A stretch of DNA of 63,596 nucleotides, filler included, from Octopus bimaculoides (GCF_001194135.2; 8 parts of 8 records of this genome joined end to end with filler, not necessarily neighbours in it), one strand, 5' to 3'; positions 51,144 through 63,550 are shown, numbered from the whole stretch's first letter. The notes: generated from the sequence alone by a model not told the origin. Program-made: numbers and translations.

Positions 51144-52248
51144 TCTCTCTCACGCNNNNNNNNNNNNNNNNNNNNNNNNNNNNNNNNNNNNNNNNNNNNN
51201 NNNNNNNNNNNNNNNNNNNNNNNNNNNNNNNNNNNNNNNNNNNNNNNNNNNNNNNNNNNNNNNNNNNNNNNNNNNNNNNNNNNNNNNNNNNNNNNNNNNN
51301 NNNNNNNNNNNNNNNNNNNNNNNNNNNNNNNNNNNNNNNNNNNNNNNNNNNNNNNNNNNNNNNNNNNNNNNNNNNNNNNNNNNNNNNNNNNNNNNNNNNN
51401 NNNNNNNNNNNNNNNNNNNNNNNNNNNNNNNNNNNNNNNNNNNNNNNNNNNNNNNNNNNNNNNNNNNNNNNNNNNNNNNNNNNNNNNNNNNNNNNNNNNN
51501 NNNNNNNNNNNNNNNNNNNNNNNNACAGACACAAGGACACACACTCATAGGTATACATACATACATACATACATACATACAGAGGGCGAGTCGAAAAGTA
51601 ATACAAATAAAAATTGCAATACTTTTTTTATGACCCTTGTGTGTTTCCGTCTACCAAATCCATTTTGGTCCTACGATATAGTAAAAGAGTCTTGTTCAAT
51701 GTGGCAAGCAGTAGGACTAAACTCGAAGCCACACGGTAGCGGAACGAGTTTCTTAACCACACAGATATGCCTGCGCCTATATTTACATTTTCCGTAAGAT
51801 TCATCCATTTTTGTTCCTACATTTTTATTTTTCTAAGCGACCCCTGAGATTTTAATCTAAATTCTTCTCAACAAATAACTAAACACTAAAAAAGACATTG
51901 TAAAGATTCTACTCAAGAGAACGACATCAAGTGTTCCAAAATGTTTTCTTTCGAAATAACACTTTCAAAAAAAATCCCTCAACCCTCCTACATCAATGCT
52001 AAACATGCTATAGAAATCCCAGCAGAAAATGAATATATAACTGCCGTATTATAAATAGTCTTAGCCAGTGGTTCTCAGAACAGGAGCAGCGCCATCTTGA
52101 ATGGTGCATTCAAGATGTAACTTGGTGCATCGTGAATTATTAAATAAATGATTTCAGGATTTAGAATATTCATGCTAACAAGAAATAAATAGTCTTAACT
52201 ATGGATCAAAATCAAAGCCATTATCGATAATAATATTCTGCTTTTGCG

Positions 52249-52436
52249 AAGGCGGTGAGCTTGCAGAAACATTAGAACGCCGCGTGAAATGCTTAGTGGT
52301 ATTTCGTCTGACGTACGTTCTGAGTTCAAATTCAGCCGATGGGGTCGATAAATTAAGTACCAGTTGCGTACTGGGTGGATCTAATCGACTGGCACCCTCC
52401 CCCAAAATGTCGGTCCTTGTGCCTAGAGTAGAAAAG

Positions 52437-52513
<77 letters not shown>

Positions 52514-53075
52514 GACGCCGAGCAGGCACATTCCGCCGAAGTCGACTTTGCCTTTCATCCTTTCGGGGTCGATTAAACAAGTACTAGTTACGCACTGGGG
52601 TCGATATAAGCGACTTAATCCGTTTGTCTGTCCTTGTTTGTCCCCTCTGTGTGTAGCCCCTTGTGGGCAATAAAGAAATAAATAATAAATAAATAAATAT
52701 AAATATATATATAATAAATAAAAAATAAGAAACTTTAGAACGTTCTGAGTTCAAATTCCACCGAGGTCCACTCTGCCTTTCATCTTTCCGGGTCAAAATA
52801 TTAAGTACCAGTTGCGTACTGAGGTCGATCTAATCGACTGGCCCCCTCCCCAAAAATTTAGGGCCTTTTGCCTAGAGTAGAAAAGAATATTTTAAAGGTG
52901 GCGAGCTGCTTAGCGGTATTTCGTCTGTCTTTACGTTCTGAGTTCAAATTCCGCCGAAGTCGACTTTGTCTTTCATCCTTTCGGGGTCAATACATTAAGT
53001 AGGTGCTGCGTACTGGGGTCGATCTAATCGACTCTCCCAAAATTTTGGACCTTGTGCCTAGAGTAGAAAAGAATA
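52249..53075 (+). mobile_element. Chain of four SINE family A copies (52249-52437 plus (ATT)n, 52511-52683, 52740-52887, 52893-53075)
   Basis: Four successive family A bodies in the same orientation, with internal deletions. Confidence 0.9.
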
Positions 53076-53397
53076 TTCTGCTCTTGCGCTACGGTAATAT
53101 TTTGACAAATCTTAATATTTCACTTTCTCTCTCACAGTCTCTCTTTTCAACCAATCACGGCACAGCGTCACTCATTTAATCTTAACGTATTATTATACAG
53201 ATGCATTGGAGTCTTCAGTCTTCAACGACGGTTCATATACAATTGTATAGGGGGAAAAATGTATGTCTGTAGGCGGTGTACATATGGAAAAATTTTAAGG
53301 TAATAGCCACGCAAGGCACATCCGTAATATAGTTATACACATAACCGCTTTCATGCTTTTATCCGCTTCTTTTGTGGCAGAGATTACTCCACAGTTT

Positions 53398-53562
53398 GAT
53401 GATGATGATGATGACGACGACGACGACAATAATGATGGTGATGATGATGATAATGATGATGATGATGATGATGACGACGACGACAATGACGACGACGATG
53501 ATGATGATAAAGACGATGATGATGATGATGATGATGATGACAATGATGGTAATAATAATGAT
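53398..53562. repeat. (GAT)/(GAC)n microsatellite
   Basis: Direct reading. Confidence 0.95.
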
Positions 53563-53887
53563 GACAACCGAAGTATTTCACTGTCAGTGTATAACATCAC
53601 AAATGTGGCAATAATAAGATTGGGATTCAAGAGTTTATGATACAGAGTTTTCGTTTGAACATATCACGTCCAGTTTTATTGCGCTCCAATAATTTCTCTA
53701 TCTCAACGTGACATTAAACTTATAAAGAATAAGCGATTCAGTGCAGTTTATTCCCTTGAAATTACATGACAGGTTGCTATCTTCGTCTGGAAACCTCATC
53801 AAAAACGCCAGCGGACAAAATTGGTACGAAGATGTTGTACATTTTTCGTTAACATGGAGTTATATATTTCTTCTCAAATGTTTGTGG

Positions 53888-53950
<63 letters not shown>

Positions 53951-54050
53951 NNNNNNNNNNNNNNNNNNNNNNNNNNNNNNNNNNNNNNNNNNNNTTAATT
54001 AATTAANNNNNNNNNNNNNNNNNNNNNNNNNNNNNNNNNNNNNNNNNNNN

Positions 54051-54354
54051 TGTGTCAACAATAAACAAGATGAGGACAAATATCCCTCAATTGTAAATAA
54101 TGTAAATAATGTACAATATTCCTCATCTCTTAAATATAGAACTGTATTATCTAATCGGTACGGAGCCGACATTAGACTTCAATAATAATAATAATAATAA
54201 CATCGAAAAATACCTTAGGAATGAGAACCCAGGTTCGAAATTCCCTCAAGACACCTGAAAAAGGTTGGAGGGTATATCAGCCGAAACGTTGTGTTAACAA
54301 CAAACAAGATGAGGACAAATATCCGTCAATTGTAAATAATGTAAATAATGTACA
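54051..54354 (+). mobile_element. Two tandem copies of a Penelope pLTR-like repeat with a hammerhead-like motif
   Basis: 54051-54115 recurs at 54290-54354. ACAC-CTGAAAA-A-GGTTG-GAGGGTATAT-CAGCC-GAAA-CG-TT-GTGT at 54251-54294. Confidence 0.65.
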
Positions 54355-54587
54355 TTAGCATGATCATCACAAACAATTTAACAATTGAACCAAAAAAAAA
54401 AAACCAGAGCCTATATGTGATCGCTCGATTTGCTAGAAAGTGCAGCTAGCCCCTACAGTCTTAAAAAGGAGGTCGCCTTATATAACGAGGTCCTAAATTT
54501 CCTGCTCATGAGGGAAAAACTGGATGGCTACTGCTGAAATGTCTTTCATCAAAAGAAAGTTCCTTTATGATTCACTAAGCGCTAGTC

Positions 54588-55007
54588 TGCTGTTTCTATT
54601 GTTGCCTGAAATAATGATTCCTTACTTTGGCATAAGCACACATACATTTGCTATAAAGGAAGACACTTGCTCAAGGTGTCACACTATTGGGTTGAACCCG
54701 AAACCATTTGGTTGCGATGCGTGCTTTTTAACCGCACAGCCATGCTAGCGCCTACATTCAAAGTTTTGAAATTTAACTTTAAAATATTGCATTTATGATA
54801 TTTTAAGCCTCGGGTTCAAATTTCGTTGTAAGTCATCCTCGACTCTCGGATCCTGTAGGACTGGGACATTCTGCACCCGGGTCGATTCCGTCGAACTTAT
54901 ACAAAACCCAGCCTCCACCAACATCTTTGTTCCTTTGCCCTGTACACATTTATGTGAGCTTATGCCAAAGTAAGAAATCATTATTTCAGGCAACAACAGA
55001 AACAGCA
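54588..55007. repeat. 63-bp inverted repeat pair enclosing SINE fragments
   Basis: 54588-54650 is the reverse complement of 54945-55007 (TGCTGTTTCT..TTGTTGCCTGAAATAATGATT..TTACTTTGGCATAAGC). Confidence 0.8.
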
Positions 55008-55145
55008 TCAACAAAAAAGAAAGAAAGAAAGAAAAGCGACAACAACAACACCAACAACAAAAATAGCAACAAGCTACAAATCATTATCTGGTCCCACGGC
55101 CGTCACTTATCGTTATTACCATCAGCGCCCTTGAGTATCCACAAC

Positions 55146-55213
<68 letters not shown>

Positions 55214-56181
55214 CAACAATGCAGCAACAACATTAACAATAACAATAACGACAAGAAGAGTACACTAATAAATCTAATGCCACTGTTTTGTTGACATCGT
55301 TTTTTAGACCGTCCTCTAATGCCGTTATCCAGTGAGAAGAAACATGCTATATATATGTGTGTGTGTGTGTGTTTATNNNNNNNNNNNNNNNNNNNNNNNN
55401 NNNNNNNNNNNNNNNNNNNNNNNNNNNNNNGGGGGGAATATTGAGGGAGCCCTTTTCTATCCTATCCCCCAGCTGCCACTAAGCTGTTTTCATCTTTTCG
55501 TGTTGCAAACCGAACTGAACAATCATATTTTTGACCCGTGAACATAATTCATATTATTGCTTGGAGCAGACGACGTTTAAGGGAAGAGCTACAAAATAAA
55601 AAAAAAAAGCAGACGATAGGAAATAAATACATAAATAAATAAATATTTTTTTAAAACAAATTTACAATAAATGATAAACAACAGCGAAGACAATAACAGC
55701 TACAAAGTACCCTCACCAAAAAAAAAAAAAAAAAAAAAAAAAGAAAAAGAAACAGAAAGGAAAAGAAAAGTTAATGGTAGAATGTATCAGATAATAAGAG
55801 TTTCAAGAAAATCAGCTTAAAATATTCTTTCACGTCACGAAAAAATTTATTTCTTATTCTTTCTCTATTTTTTCTCTATCTTCTGTTCCTCACTTTATAT
55901 ATATAATCTTATTTTGCTTTCTCCTTATCTTCCTCTCTTACTACTACTACTACTACTACTTCTACTACCAGCATCGTGATCACGCAGAGCTACCGCGACC
56001 ATCCCGTGTCTTCTTGAACTAAATAATATAGCATGTCCATTGTTCATTACAAAGACAGATATCCTAAGATATATATGTGTGTGTGTGTGAAAGAGAGAGA
56101 GAGCGAGAGAAAGAGAGAGAGAGGGAGAGAGAGAGAGAGAGAAAGAAAGAGATGAGAAAGGAATAAAAGATTATCTTATGA

Positions 56182-56268
56182 ACTTCATTAGCTTACAGCT
56201 ATTTCTGATATAAGACACACAAGACTCCACTGCCGCTGATAGCAGAAACAGCTGTAAGCCAATGAAGT
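56182..56268. repeat. Mini-foldback with 30-bp arms carrying GAAACAGCTGTA
   Basis: ACTTCATTAGCTTACAGCTATTTCTGATAT / ATAGCAGAAACAGCTGTAAGCCAATGAAGT. Confidence 0.75.
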
Positions 56269-56418
56269 CCATAAGAGAATCGTTTACTCCTTTGCCTTCT
56301 CTTTTTCTTGTTACCGCTCTGTACTCGACTAACGACTCGTTCCGAAACATGTGTATATTAAGTTCTACACTAGGTTATTAATCGTGCAATGCCTAAGCGA
56401 AATATAGCAGCAGCAGCA

Positions 56419-56453
<35 letters not shown>

Positions 56454-57189
56454 AGTGATGGTGTACATTCTCATCTTTGGCATCGGTACATGTGTCTTTA
56501 GCTTAGGCTGGCGCACTCTGTTGTAGGAGAAGGGTAACATGAAAAGCGGTAGATTCTTGGAATATTTTACACTCACTTTGTGCTAGCGACAATACTATAC
56601 AGAAATTGTACGGATAGTTGATGGGCCAATGAAACTGATGTATGAATTATCCAATGAAATGTGCGTGTGTGTATGCATATATATGTGTATGTATGTATAT
56701 GTATATGTATTATATTACATATAATATAATATACATACATATATATGTATGTATATATATATGTATGTATGCATGTATGTATGTATGTATGTATGTATGT
56801 ATGTATGTATAGGATATCAAAAAAATTCAGGTGATATGAGATAGATATATTTATTTTTTCACAAGTTGATATCCATAAGGTGACGGCCGTTTGACAGCCA
56901 AGACCATGCAAAAATAAATTTTAGTGTATAATAAATTATTTTACAAGTCTGCTTCAGTGTGTATGTTAAAAATTGCTTGTTACTATTGTATATTTTACAA
57001 ATGAATGCAGATATCGGAGGCTAACTCTTCACTAACTCTTCAGAATATCATGGTCATATAAACTTTATATGTATGTATGTATGTATTTCTGGTTGGCTAC
57101 TTTTCCTTTCTCTGCAACACTCAGCAATCTGGGATGTGAAAGCAGAGTCAGTACTGAGAGAGGCTGACGAAGAACAGCATATTATAAAG

Positions 57190-57244
<55 letters not shown>
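57190..57244. repeat. (GATA)n microsatellite
   Basis: Direct reading. Confidence 0.95.
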
Positions 57245-57857
57245 CAGTGGGTTTGCAGAATCGTTATAGTATCACGCATACAAAACCCCTGGGGTATATA
57301 TTTCCGGCCTATATGTTCCCAATTTAAATCCCGTCGAAGTCTGCTTCATGTTTCATCTTTCTGGTGTCTATCAAATAACGTTCTCGTGAAGTACATGTTC
57401 GATGGCATCGAGTGACGCTGGTGTCCTTGTCATTTCTTCAAGCAACAGAATGCGTTCAAAAATCTTGAAGAATTCTTTTTTAGTATCGCTTATCCTTTAA
57501 GGGTGGGCGAGTGAAACTATAAAACCTAACATCAACTGTATTTTTGAAACCCTTGGTACTATTAACACTGTATTATCAACATGGTAGAACAATACCACAC
57601 ACATTTTGTAATTTATGTGATGGTGTAGTGCGCCCGTCATCGTGCCCGACGCCAGTCGACAGGAGGAAGAAATATGTACGTACGCCTGTGTGTGAGCGTA
57701 TATTGTATGCGTTATGTTGTGAGCGTGGGTTTGAATAAACAACAGTGGATATTTATAGAATGTTACATTTATCATTGTACGAAGTTATGTCAGTGGTTGT
57801 TGTGCTTTTGTATCTTGGTACGTTTCGGATGCCTTTTTTTAGTAAATATATACGCTC

Positions 57858-58084
57858 TTTTACTCTTTTACTTGTTTCAGTCATTTGACTGCGGCCATGC
57901 TGGAGCACCGCCTTTAGTCGAGCAAATCGACCCCAGGACTTATTCTTTGGAAGCCTAGTACTTATTCTATCGGTCTCTTTTGCCGAACCGCTAAGTTACG
58001 GGGACGTAAACACACCAGCATCGGTTGCCAAGCAATGTTGAGGTGACAAACACAGACACGCATACACACATACATATATATGTA

Positions 58085-58121
<37 letters not shown>

Positions 58122-58281
58122 GACGGGCTTCTTTCAGTTTCCGTCTACCAAATCAACTCACAAGGCTTTGGTTGGCCCGAGGCTGTTAGTAGAAGACACT
58201 TGTTCAAGGTGCCACGCAGAGGGACTGAACCCGGAACCATGTGGCTGGTAAGCAAGCTACTTACCACACAGCCACTCCTGC
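57858..58281 (-). mobile_element. SINE family B, full length
   Basis: Best-preserved copy, with the two halves joined by a (CA)/(TA) linker at ~58050-58120. Confidence 0.9.
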
Positions 58282-60865
58282 ACCATGAGTGCAAAATCTT
58301 AACAACTAGACCACGATCTTTCACTTCCTCATTGAACAAAAGGATAGAAACATAACAATGACAAGATCACAGAGGAGCTAACAGTGCGTTACAAGAATAA
58401 TTTTGGAAGAACATAAGAATGATTTAAGAACGATACTTGCGTATATCACGCATTTGAAAGTTCGTGTTGTATTCAGCCCATATTCAATGTAAAGACTGCA
58501 GAGGGAAAAGTCACTGCCAGACGGACTAACCTAAGGCACATACATAGTTCTGTTAAGTTGGCTCTGAATTACACAAAGACCATATCCTACCCGATCCTTT
58601 ACGTTTCAGCAAGGCTGTGTTTAAAATGTTCATTTCGTAACCACGTGGTCCTGAATCCGAAACCTCTGCACAGCACCTCGTAATGTTGTATTTATATCTG
58701 TGCTGTGCGTGCGTGTGGGGGAGGTATGTATATATACATTCACCCATACATACACACACATTTATATAGATATACATGTATATACATTCATGCATACATA
58801 CATACATGAATATATACATACACACACAAACACACACGCGTGTATGTGTGTGTGTATGTATGTATATATAAATATATATATATATATAATATATATATGT
58901 ATGTATGTGTGTTTTTGCGCGCGCGTGAGTATGCATATACATATACGTATATACATATATATTCTCTGGTAATTTCTTTTGATGTTTTATTTCATATTGA
59001 TTTGTATTCATAAATAGTAAATTCATTTCGTTGTGTGATATGGGGATACGCTGGCTTTTACATTCCGGAAACAACAGGAATGAAATACATATAAAAAATA
59101 ACAAAGATACATGAAAAAAAAACAAACAGAGAATATAGTAGTAATACCTACTACGCGAATTATTATTAATATTATTAAAAAATTATCATGTTTGTTTTTC
59201 CTCTAGTTACACAAATAGTTAATCAGATTTGCAAGTCTCTTATATCGTGTTCATCAAAAGCAGACTAATTTAATATTAAAACAAGATGATGTAACACATC
59301 TATACATGATTATGTAACATATAGCAGACGCAACTATATATATTTAATGTGAACACATACATGTGTGTGTTTGTGTGTGTGTATACGTTATAACTGTGGG
59401 GTACTGTTGACAGAATATGCTGATATAATAATAATGTTTGTTTTGTTTTTCCCCTCTGGAGTTCTGGTCTTTGTTTGAAGACCACTTAACCCTATCATCA
59501 CACTGTCCAAATATGGCTCCTATTCTTCCTAAATTGGTTAATAAAGTGATCAAGCTTACTCACACAGGGTATTAGCTAGTTCTGTTATTTTTTTGATACG
59601 TTTTATTGATATTCTTTTACGATATCTCTGTTGCTGATACCTCAAGATTAAAACTCATTTATAAAGAGAAAATGGAGGATAGTGTCGAACTAATAATATC
59701 AGATTGACACCGAACACTATTTTCTTTTGATCAAAGGATCTTATCCCCGAAATATCTAAGTATAATGTTATATAAAGTGTAAATTGTTGCATTGTCTCCT
59801 TTGCTAATGTCTTCACTTCCTTTTTCAAATTTCAATTGTATTAGATTCCAAAGAATTTTACCTACTCAATCAATGTTTAATTTAACCTACACTACGCTCT
59901 CCTTCTCAACCCTACGTATGTATGCATCTGTTGGTGGATGTATTTAAACAATAACTACAAAGAAAACAATTACAACAGAAGCAACAATACAGCGCCGTTA
60001 TAGCAAGAATAGCAGAACTATATCAAAGGAAGGAGCGTCTACCAGGTTCTTCGATCTGCTAGAAATAGCAACCAAATCTCCAGTTGCTTACTGTTGGAAC
60101 CTCCTCCTTTGTTTATATTACTCTTCAGGCAAACCTTGCATACAGCAGCAAGAATATAAAATACTTCACGGAATTTTGTCTGGCGCTCTGACGATTCTGC
60201 CTGTCCACCATTTTAAACAATATTACATAGTATTAATGACAATATACCTACAAACATCACCAGACCACATAACCAAGACAGTAACAACACCAACAAAGAC
60301 TACACCATCAACAACAATAATGGCGAAGTAAATACACTGAAAACCAACACATACTAAACAAGCTAATATAGCTACTACAGTTACCCACCAATATTGTTCA
60401 TATCAATGTCTCATTGTACATTAGTTATCTCTTGTTACAACTAAAATTCCTAACGAATATCCTAGCTAGACATAAGTTCTCTTCTCGTTAATCATTCTCT
60501 TACATACATCTCATGTGTTAATTTCTTTGGTTTATTTTTTAAACATAGATTTGTTTTTAGCATTACGTTATTTTAGCGATTTTTTTCTTGTTCATTCGTT
60601 TGCTTTTTCTATCAATTCTCTCGTTCTTATTCGTAGCTGTTCATGTTATCGTTATTGAAACTACTTCTGTCGTCGTCGTCGTTGCTGTTGTTGTTTTGTA
60701 AGAATGCTGTTATTATTACGGTGTTATTTTACTGTTCTTATTTTTCTGTCTTGGTTTTATTTTTCTTGTATTTCTTATTGTTATAGAAGTAGTAGTAATA
60801 GTTCTTGTTGTTTTTGTAATAGTAGAAGCAGTACTAGAAGTAGTTGTAGTAGTAGTGGTAATTTT

Positions 60866-61024
60866 GGTTTCAAATTTTGGCACAAGGCCAGCAATTTTGG
60901 GAGAGGGCGTAACTCTATTACATCGAGCCCAGTGCTCAACTGTTACTTATTTTATCGATTCCCACGGACGAAATGCCGCTGAGCATTTTGCCCAGCGTAC
61001 AAACGATTTTGCCAGTCCGCCGCC
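60866..61024 (-). mobile_element. SINE family A with an internal deletion
   Basis: TTTTGGCACAAGGCCAGCAATTTTGGG..GGACGAAATGCCGCTGAGCATTTTGCCC. Confidence 0.75.
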
Positions 61025-61311
61025 ATATCTACTAGTAGCAGTATTACTTGTTGATGTTCTTTTTTTTTTACCTTTTAGTATATTTATTTATGTTATGTTA
61101 TATTAACACAAATACATCCCATGTTTATAGTCGTAACAATTGTTATAGATGTCGATAGCAATACTGGATATAACGATGGCCGCGTGGTGATGCCCATGGT
61201 GAAAACGCTGGTGGTGATACTGCTGATGCTGGTGGCGGTGTTATGATAGTTATAATTATATTGGCATAGAGCAAAGTCGTTAGATATCAGACGACATGGA
61301 GCTTTAGGTGT

Positions 61312-61410
61312 TTCCGCTCAATAAACACTCACAACGCCCGGTCTGGGAACCGAAACCGCGATCCTATGACCGCGCGTCCGCTGCCCTAACCATTGGGTCG
61401 TTGCGTCTCC
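61312..61410 (-). mobile_element. SINE family C, 5' head
   Basis: Reverse complement matches 19532-19630. Confidence 0.8.
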
Positions 61411-61697
61411 ACATATATACATATGCACACACAAGTATAAGCAAATAAATGCAAAACAAGGCGGAAAAGAAAAGTACTCGAATACCATACTTATATACAT
61501 ACATACCATACATATATTATATATTTCATATAACATTTATATATATTATGTAGTAAATACACACGTGCGTACATAACAAATATGCACACAAACACAAGCA
61601 CAATAGTTAACATACACATACTGAGACAATATCAAAAATTAGACATGATTGCATATATACGCATTCAAAAAAATAATACGCACACAATCTCTCAACT

Positions 61698-61728
<31 letters not shown>

Positions 61729-61828
61729 NNNNNNNNNNNNNNNNNNNNNNNNNNNNNNNNNNNNNNNNNNNNTTAATTAATTAANNNNNNNNNNNNNNNN
61801 NNNNNNNNNNNNNNNNNNNNNNNNNNNN

Positions 61829-61882
<54 letters not shown>

Positions 61883-61907
61883 GTATATATAAAGATATTA
61901 TATATAT

Positions 61908-62095
61908 ATTCTTTTATTCTTTGACTTGTTTCAGTCATTTGACTGCGAGCGTGCTGGAGCACCGCGTTGGTAAATTTTTTAGTCGAACAAATCGGTTTCT
62001 TTTGTCGAACTGCTAGATTACTGGGACGTAAACACACCAGCAGAGGTTGTCAAGCAGTCAAGCAGTGATGGAGGTACAAACACAGGCACAGAAAC
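61908..62095 (-). mobile_element. SINE family B, 3' half
   Basis: TTGTTTCAGTCATTTGACTGCG..GCTGGAGCACCGC..GGGACGTAAACACACCAGCA. Confidence 0.8.
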
Positions 62096-62123
62096 ACACA
62101 CACAGATATATGCATATATATAT

Positions 62124-62157
<34 letters not shown>

Positions 62158-62209
62158 TTATAAACGTATATATTTATATATGTATGCATCTAAAACTAAG
62201 CTTGCACAC

Positions 62210-62244
<35 letters not shown>

Positions 62245-63039
62245 AAAATGTGCACACGCATGTGGGTGTATATGTGTGTGTGCTTGTATTTCTACAGACA
62301 TGCATAGATGCACGCTCAAGCACACATACATAAACAAACACACGTGCATGCGCAGACCGCATGACTCTATAAACTATTTAATCATACAAACGTTCTCTTA
62401 AAATCTATTAAGACCTTCTTCTTGCCTCAACACACATTCTCAATTCGTTCTCGATCGTGCATTACATGTATGTAACGGAAGACATACATTTCTTGGCTAG
62501 ATTTGTAACTGATACACTCAATTGACACAACTTATATGACTTTCCTTCCTCTAACTTTCATATTCTAACAGCCTGAATATATTTGTCAAAATCAGGTTTT
62601 GTAATTTAACACATTAAACCTGCTGAGCGCCTTCCGCTATTAATTGTTAAATTTATCTTTATAAATGTTTTAGAAGGCGCAGGCTTCCCGACCACATGGT
62701 TCGGGGTTCAGTTCTGATGTGTGTGGCATTTTGGTCAATTATCTTTTACTATAGCCTGGGGTCGACCAACGCTGTTCTTGGTTGATTTTTTATTTTTATT
62801 TTTTTCCAAATCCGAAACTTCTTGATATTGGTGAAAATAAATAGAATCCTGTCTTCACAAAAAAGGCAAAAATGCAAAAACGTGTGCAATTACACAAAAT
62901 CTTATCACCATGATCCAAACTATGTAAGCAAAATACATGTTAATTAAAAAATTTTGAATAAGCGGGCTGTGACCAGCCGAAATCCTTGATTGAGCACATA
63001 CAAATTACGGATATCCAAAATGTGTAACTTCACAGGTTG

Positions 63040-63063
63040 ACGGCAATAATAATAATAATAATC

Positions 63064-63140
<77 letters not shown>

Positions 63141-63172
63141 AAGAAGAAGAAGAAGAAGAAGAAGAAGAAGAA
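63040..63172. repeat. (TAA)n followed by (GAA)n microsatellite
   Basis: Direct reading. Confidence 0.95.
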
Positions 63173-63463
63173 GAAACCAAACTATGCTGGATCATAGATA
63201 TATCAAGCCCAGCTGACAACAAGGTATGCGATAAGGAAGAAAGAAAAGTCGGTAGGTATGACTGGTTAGCTTGGGAGGTAAAGCAGTTGTGGTCGATGAA
63301 AAAGGTAGCAGCAGTACCAATAACTGTCGGAGCCCTGGAAACAGTGAGTAAAAATCTTGAGAAGTACATTGAACAAATAGGGGTTGCAATAAGGGTGGAG
63401 CATTTGCAGAAAACAGCACTGCTTGGAACCACTCGAATACTCCGGAAGGTGCTCGAAAAATAA
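63173..63463 (+). mobile_element. R4/Dong-clade LINE fragment: C-terminal restriction-like endonuclease, open frame
   Basis: ETKLCWIIDISSPADNKVCDKEERKVGRYDWLAWEVKQLWSMKKVAAVPITVGALETVSKNLEKYIEQIGVAIRVEHLQKTALLGTTRILRKVLEK*. Confidence 0.9.
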
Positions 63464-63465
63464 GA

Positions 63466-63510
63466 GTATTTCGGCTGGCGTGCTAGCGATTCTGCCAGCT
63501 CGTCACCTTC

Positions 63511-63511
<1 letters not shown>
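63466..63511 (-). mobile_element. SINE family A, 5' head fragment
   Basis: Reverse complement AAGGTGACGAGCTGGCAGAATCGCTAGCACGCCAGCCGAAATAC. Confidence 0.8.

Positions 63512-63550
<39 letters not shown>

Noticed and set aside
53295-53640. Poly-Asp, poly-Ser and poly-His ORFs suggesting an acidic biomineral protein
   Set aside because: A (GAT/GAC)n microsatellite open in several frames; no signal peptide or exon evidence.
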